Assembly: GCA_011620135.1 (NCBI GenBank)
Contig: WOZS01000011.1
Span: 15,183 to 79,182 of the forward strand
Direction: 5' to 3'
Length of the DNA stretch: 64,000 bases
DNA from: Gammaproteobacteria bacterium
GTDB lineage: Bacteria > Pseudomonadota > Gammaproteobacteria > WOZS01
The notes under the pieces are model-generated. The model worked only from the letters and a program-made list of their open reading frames with translations, ran no database searches and had not been told where the DNA came from. Numbering within the stretch: the first letter of the stretch is position 1; the number at the start of each line of letters is the position of its first letter. The position numbers and the translations under genes are program-made. Shown here one piece after another: positions 59,487 through 64,000 of this stretch.

Positions 59487-60662
59487 GTGGATATCGATTT
59501 TACCAAGGAAGAGTTGGCCTTTCGGGATGAGGTGCGCCAGTGGTTGGCGGACAATGTGCCTCCCGAGATTCGCAAAAAGACCAGCTATACCATTCCACTT
59601 ACCAAGGAAGAACAGCAGGGCTGGGAGCGCATCCTGGGCAGGAAGGGCTGGCTGGCGTCTCATTGGCCCAAGGAATATGGGGGACCAGGCTGGAGTGCCA
59701 CGCAGCGCTATCTGTACGATGTGGAGCGGGCTTTTGCGGGAGCTCCTTTGCCAAGCCCATTCGGGGTTTCCATGGTGGGTCCGGTCATCATGGCCTACGG
59801 CACCACGGAGCAGAAGCAGCGCTATCTGCCAAAGATCGCGGCTGGTGAGGAATTCTGGTGCCAGGGTTATTCCGAGCCCGATGCAGGGTCCGACCTTGCC
59901 TCATTGAAAACCTCAGCACAGCGCGAGGGTGATGACTATGTGATCAATGGCAGCAAGATCTGGACAACCCAAGCCCATTGGGCCGATCGCATGTTCTGCC
60001 TGGTCCGTACCAGTCAGGAGGCCAAAAAGCAACGCGGCATCTCATTCCTGCTTCTGGACATGAAAAGCCCGGGCGTGACCATACGTCCCATCGTCACCAT
60101 CGACGGCCATCATCACTTGAATCAGGTTTTTTTCGACAATGTGCGCGTTCCTGTGGAAAACCTGGTCGGTGAGGAAGGAGACGGATGGACTGTTGCCAAG
60201 CATCTGCTCCAGTTCGAGCGTACCACCATCGCCGGCGTGGCAGATTCCAAGAAGGCCATCAACAATCTGAAGGAGCTGGCCCAGGAAGAGAGGGATGGCG
60301 GCGTGATCATGGGAGACCTCCCGGATGTGCGGCGCAGGCTTGCGGAACTGGAGATCGATCTCCTGGCTCTGGAGTACAGCAATTTTCGAACCCTCGATGC
60401 CGTGGCGCGGGGCGAGTCGCCGGGGCCCGAGTCCTCCTTGCTGAAGATCAAGGGGACAGAGCTGCAGCAGGCCCTCTCCCAGCTGCGTCTCGAGATGGGG
60501 GCCAATCGTTCCATGCCCTGGCTGACTGACCAGACCCTGGCGCCGCCTGCCTTTCGGCATGCCGCCACACCTTATTTCTTTCTACGGGCTGCCACCATAT
60601 ATGGCGGCAGCAATGAAATACAGAAGAACGTCATTGCCAAGATGTTGCTGGGACTGGGCTAG
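59487..60662 (+). CDS. acyl-CoA dehydrogenase
   Basis: GTG start after AGGAGG (VDIDFTKEELAFRDEV). ACAD N, middle and C domains. Confidence 0.8.
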   Translation: MDIDFTKEELAFRDEVRQWLADNVPPEIRKKTSYTIPLTKEEQQGWERILGRKGWLASHWPKEYGGPGWSATQRYLYDVERAFAGAPLPSPFGVSMVGPVIMAYGTTEQKQRYLPKIAAGEEFWCQGYSEPDAGSDLASLKTSAQREGDDYVINGSKIWTTQAHWADRMFCLVRTSQEAKKQRGISFLLLDMKSPGVTIRPIVTIDGHHHLNQVFFDNVRVPVENLVGEEGDGWTVAKHLLQFERTTIAGVADSKKAINNLKELAQEERDGGVIMGDLPDVRRRLAELEIDLLALEYSNFRTLDAVARGESPGPESSLLKIKGTELQQALSQLRLEMGANRSMPWLTDQTLAPPAFRHAATPYFFLRAATIYGGSNEIQKNVIAKMLLGLG

Positions 60663-60686
60663 CCAACCAACTGAAACGGAGGTCAT

Positions 60687-61823
60687 GTGGATTTTTCATT
60701 GAGCGAGGAACAGCGGTTGCTCCAGGAGAGCATTGACCGTTTCATCGAAAAGGATTACACGTTCACCAAGCGTCAGCAGCGCCTGGCCACCGAGATGCTG
60801 TATGACAGCGCCATCTGGCAGCAAATGGCCGAATTCGGATGGTTGGGTCTTCCTTTCAGTGAGACTGTGGGCGGGATTGGCGGCAGCCTGGTTGATGCGG
60901 TCTTGCTGGCCCAGGGCCTGGGCAAGGGGTTGGTGATAGAACCTTATCTTGCCGTGCTTTTGGCTGGCCGGATCATGGAAAGATTGCTTGGAGAGGCAGC
61001 CTCTGCTTGGCTGGAAGGGGTGATCGAGGGCAGCAAGGTGCCGGCGCTGGCCTATGCCGAACCGGGGAGCCGCTTCGCGCCATGCTGGACGGCAACCAGT
61101 GCCCGTCCTGTTCAGGGTGGTTATACCTTGAGCGGACAAAAATTGCTCGCCCTTGGGGCGCCGGTTGCAGAAGAGCTGCTTGTCACAGCTCGTTTGCAAG
61201 GAGAACCCGGTGACGTGCAGGGTATCGGTTTGTTTGCTGTTCCTGCACAATCCAGGGGCTTGCAGATGCTTGCTTATCGCATGATGCACGGTACTCCTGG
61301 CGCCGACCTGCTTCTTGAGGATGTGGTGGTACCCAAGGAGGCCTGCCTTGCCGAAGACGTCGGGAGAGCCTTGCTGACTGTTGTGGATGAGGCGACCGTG
61401 GTCGTCTGTGGGGATGCCCTTGGCAGCATGGAGGCGACTTTCTGGAAAACACTGGACTATGTAAAAACCCGCAAGCAGTTCGGTGTACCCATCGGTTCCT
61501 TTCAGGTTTTGCAACATACCCTGGTCGACATGTTCATGGAGGTGGAGCAGAGCCGCTCCATTACCTACATGGCAGCCATGCAGGCGGCAGGAGAAGATCC
61601 CATTGCAGCGGCGCGGGCTGCCTCGGCTGCCAAGGCGTATGTCAGCAGGGCTGCCACATTGGTGGGGCAAAAGGCAGTGCAGCTCCATGGCGGCATGGGC
61701 ATGACAGAAGAGTTGGATATCGGGCATTATTTTCGGCGCCTGACCATGTTAAGCTCCCTGTTCGGGGATCGGGACTATCATGTGCGTCGCTTTGGCGGTT
61801 TGCAGACCACTGCAATGGATTGA
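60687..61823 (+). CDS. acyl-CoA dehydrogenase
   Basis: GTG start (VDFSLSEEQRLLQ). Paralog of the ACAD gene at 302..1474. Confidence 0.8.
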   Translation: MDFSLSEEQRLLQESIDRFIEKDYTFTKRQQRLATEMLYDSAIWQQMAEFGWLGLPFSETVGGIGGSLVDAVLLAQGLGKGLVIEPYLAVLLAGRIMERLLGEAASAWLEGVIEGSKVPALAYAEPGSRFAPCWTATSARPVQGGYTLSGQKLLALGAPVAEELLVTARLQGEPGDVQGIGLFAVPAQSRGLQMLAYRMMHGTPGADLLLEDVVVPKEACLAEDVGRALLTVVDEATVVVCGDALGSMEATFWKTLDYVKTRKQFGVPIGSFQVLQHTLVDMFMEVEQSRSITYMAAMQAAGEDPIAAARAASAAKAYVSRAATLVGQKAVQLHGGMGMTEELDIGHYFRRLTMLSSLFGDRDYHVRRFGGLQTTAMD

Positions 61824-61997
61824 TTTTTGGGCCTGCAAGGCGCCCGCCGCCCCAGGCTGCTGATTGTGAGAAAGGGCAGATCGTTGACCTCCACTCTATG
61901 ATGAGAGTGGATGAGAGGGGACGGAAGACGCATAATATTTTCCAACCATACGAAAGCTGAGGGCATGGGGGTTTGACAATGGATCTCCCCGGCAAGG

Positions 61998-62549
61998 GTG
62001 AGGACAGGGAGGTGGCTGGTGCACAGGTGGTTTGGGAGATATGGCGGCCATGTTGGATCGCATGGCTTGACCTGCCGCAGGGGTCGGCACCTGCTCGGGC
62101 TGGCCATGGTGCTGATGGTGGGCATGAACCAGCTTGCCATGGGGCAGGATACGGGCACACCCCCGATCGGCTTGCCGCCACCCCCGGAAGCGCCGCAACC
62201 GTCCCCCCCGCCGGTCCAGCCGCCCTATATCGTCCCACCTTTTTATGGAGGCATCAGTGCTGCGCTGTATGCATATGTAGACGCCGGGTATCTGGACCCA
62301 GGCATGGAACTGGGCATTCAACTGATGCGTGCCGAGCCTCAGGGCGCCATTGCTGTGGCCTGCACGGAAGCCTGGGTCGATGCCATCCCGCAATGGGTCT
62401 TGGTGCGTGCTGGTGATACATGGATGTGTGCACAGGCGGAGCGCTACACGCACTATGTGATCGTGCTGCGCGGCCTGGACGAACGCCGCTATACGGATGT
62501 CTATTTCAAAATGTGCGTCCCCCAGCGCGGTGGCGATTGGGCGTGCTGA
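61998..62549 (+). CDS. hypothetical proline-rich secreted protein
   Basis: Possible Tat/Sec-like leader CRRGRHLLGLAMVLMVGMNQLAMG followed by a PPIGLPPPPEAPQPSPPPVQPPYIVPP stretch. The true start (GTG or TTG) is unclear. Confidence 0.35.
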   Translation: MRTGRWLVHRWFGRYGGHVGSHGLTCRRGRHLLGLAMVLMVGMNQLAMGQDTGTPPIGLPPPPEAPQPSPPPVQPPYIVPPFYGGISAALYAYVDAGYLDPGMELGIQLMRAEPQGAIAVACTEAWVDAIPQWVLVRAGDTWMCAQAERYTHYVIVLRGLDERRYTDVYFKMCVPQRGGDWAC

Positions 62550-62550
62550 A

Positions 62551-63105
62551 ATGGGGATGGCTGTTATGCAAGCCGCTGTCACCCATTGCGCCGTAACCCA
62601 GCAATTTCTGGTACGGCCGGCGCAGGGGCTGGCCGGCGTGGGGTGGCAAGTCTTCGGTAGCCTTGTGATCGGCTGGATGGTCTTGTTGGCTTTTGTTGCC
62701 CTGTGTTTGGGGGCCTGGCCCATGTTGCCTTTTTGTGGCCTCGAGATTCTGGTTGTGGCCTGGGCGTGGCGGTTTTTCTGGAAAAGCAGCAGGTATCGTG
62801 AAACGTTGACCGTGGAGAATGAAACGGTAGTGGCGCAGCGCTGGCGCAAGAACAAGGCTCCAAGCGAAAGCCTCCGCTTGCCCAAGGCTTGGGCGCATGT
62901 CCGCGTCGAATGGTCCTCCCGGGGCAGGGATTCAAGGCCAGCAGAACCAAAAGTGCTGCTGCAGGCCATGGGCAAGCGCTTCGAGATGGGTTGCTGCCTG
63001 GGTGGTGAACAACGCTTGGCCCTGGCAAGGCAAGTGGAACATTGGCTAGCCCTGGTGCAAAGTGAGGCAGCGCAAATTGAATACTCGAATACTCGGGATA
63101 ACTGA
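62551..63105 (+). CDS. DUF2244-like integral membrane protein
   Basis: Two TM helices. This family is commonly found upstream of cytochrome oxidase genes. Start ambiguous among three nearby ATGs. Confidence 0.45.
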   Translation: MGMAVMQAAVTHCAVTQQFLVRPAQGLAGVGWQVFGSLVIGWMVLLAFVALCLGAWPMLPFCGLEILVVAWAWRFFWKSSRYRETLTVENETVVAQRWRKNKAPSESLRLPKAWAHVRVEWSSRGRDSRPAEPKVLLQAMGKRFEMGCCLGGEQRLALARQVEHWLALVQSEAAQIEYSNTRDN

Positions 63106-63168
63106 AGCATGCATGGAGAGCCCTCGCTGGCTTGTAAAAAGCCAGGCTGGGTGTATCATCTAATATGA

Positions 63169-63957
63169 TTGGGTGCAAGGTGGATTGAGATGCAACTTAA
63201 TATGCCACAGGGCGTCACGAAGCTCAGCCATGAGATTTATGGCATCCATATGATGATGTTCTACATCTGTGTCGTCATTGGCATTGGTGTCTTTGGTGCC
63301 ATGATCTATGCCATGATCCGCTTTCGTAAATCCAAGGGGGCTGTGGCAGCACAGTTTCATGAAAACACCACACTCGAGATCCTCTGGACCGTCATCCCAT
63401 TCATGATCCTGATTGCCGCTGTCATTCCAGCCGCAGCTACCCTGATCCACGTGGAAGATCGCACGCCTGGCGCGCTTATGGTGCAAATCACTGGTTACCA
63501 GTGGAAGTGGCAATACAAGTACCTGGGCACGGACGTGGCCTTTTTCAGCACGCTGGATCGCGAGACCAACAAGGCCAGACGGAAAGGCTCGGGGATCGAC
63601 CCGAGAACTGTTCCCCATTATCTCCTCAATGTGGACAAACCCTTGGTCATTCCTGCCCAGCGCAAGGTGCGTTTTGCCATTACTTCCAATGATGTCTCCC
63701 ATTCATGGTGGATGCCTGATTTTGGCATCAAGAAGGACGCCATAACGGGCTATATCAATGATTCCTGGGTTCAGGTTGATAAGCCCGGGGTGTATCGGGG
63801 GCAGTGCGCCGAGTTGTGTGGCCGCGACCATGCCTACATGCCCATCGTGGTGGTGGCACTGCCGCCCGAGGACTTTGATCGTTGGATGGAGCATGCCAAA
63901 TCCAATCCAGCGCAGTACCCTGCTCTTTCCATGGCAGGAGAGCATTGGCCTTTGTGA
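63169..63957 (+). CDS. coxB: cytochrome c oxidase subunit II
   Basis: Two TM helices and the Cu_A site H...CAELCGRDHAYM. Confidence 0.8.
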   Translation: MGARWIEMQLNMPQGVTKLSHEIYGIHMMMFYICVVIGIGVFGAMIYAMIRFRKSKGAVAAQFHENTTLEILWTVIPFMILIAAVIPAAATLIHVEDRTPGALMVQITGYQWKWQYKYLGTDVAFFSTLDRETNKARRKGSGIDPRTVPHYLLNVDKPLVIPAQRKVRFAITSNDVSHSWWMPDFGIKKDAITGYINDSWVQVDKPGVYRGQCAELCGRDHAYMPIVVVALPPEDFDRWMEHAKSNPAQYPALSMAGEHWPL

Positions 63958-64000
63958 TTCTTGTGATGCTGATCGCTCATTGATGGGCGGGTGGGGGTAG

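Overview
High-GC (~65%) proteobacterial chromosomal window with about 65 genes, dense and largely syntenic core genome. No mobile elements, CRISPR arrays or obvious horizontally acquired islands were seen.

Genes in order:
- Acyl-CoA dehydrogenase, endonuclease V, tRNA-His, prpD, then the origin-proximal rsmG-parA-parB module.
- Split NAD(P) transhydrogenase pntAA-pntAB-pntB.
- An ABC transporter with a large atypical permease and an unknown membrane-anchored protein.
- egtB-egtD (ergothioneine biosynthesis).
- A tyrosine-phosphatase-like gene and a small tandem-repeat secreted protein split by a frameshift.
- A six-gene energy-converting-hydrogenase-related (Ehr, complex-I-like) membrane complex that lacks the Ni-Fe-binding cysteines.
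- A 604-aa polytopic membrane protein that looks like a GT-C glycosyltransferase.
- typA/bipA, then a decaprenyl-phospho-arabinose (DPA)-like cluster: DprE2-like SDR, DprE1-like FAD oxidase, a HAD-phosphatase::UbiA phosphoribosyltransferase fusion and a YbhN/LPG-synthase-TM flippase-like protein.
- Housekeeping genes smpB, ratA, bamE, fur, purN, purM, argH, pncB.
- Dienelactone hydrolase, cfa, a YeeE/YedE sulfur-transport pair, aldehyde dehydrogenase, a Zn-ribbon HExxH metallopeptidase, NlpC/P60, rne, rpmB-rpmG, hemYXDC, dsbA, cytochrome c4.
- A GldA/F/G-like ABC system with a DUF4340 protein, two acyl-CoA dehydrogenases, a Pro-rich secreted protein, a DUF2244 protein and coxB.

The most interesting candidates are the DPA-like lipid-linked sugar donor pathway with its putative GT-C transferase, the adjacent Ehr complex, and the frameshifted tandem-repeat secreted protein.

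Coordinates refined by hand from the raw sequence lines (the tRNA, the two terminator hairpins, the 19-bp repeat and several internal start codons) may be off by ±1 nt; an off-by-one appeared when checking a stop codon against the ORF track. All ORF start and end positions taken from the supplied track are used as given.
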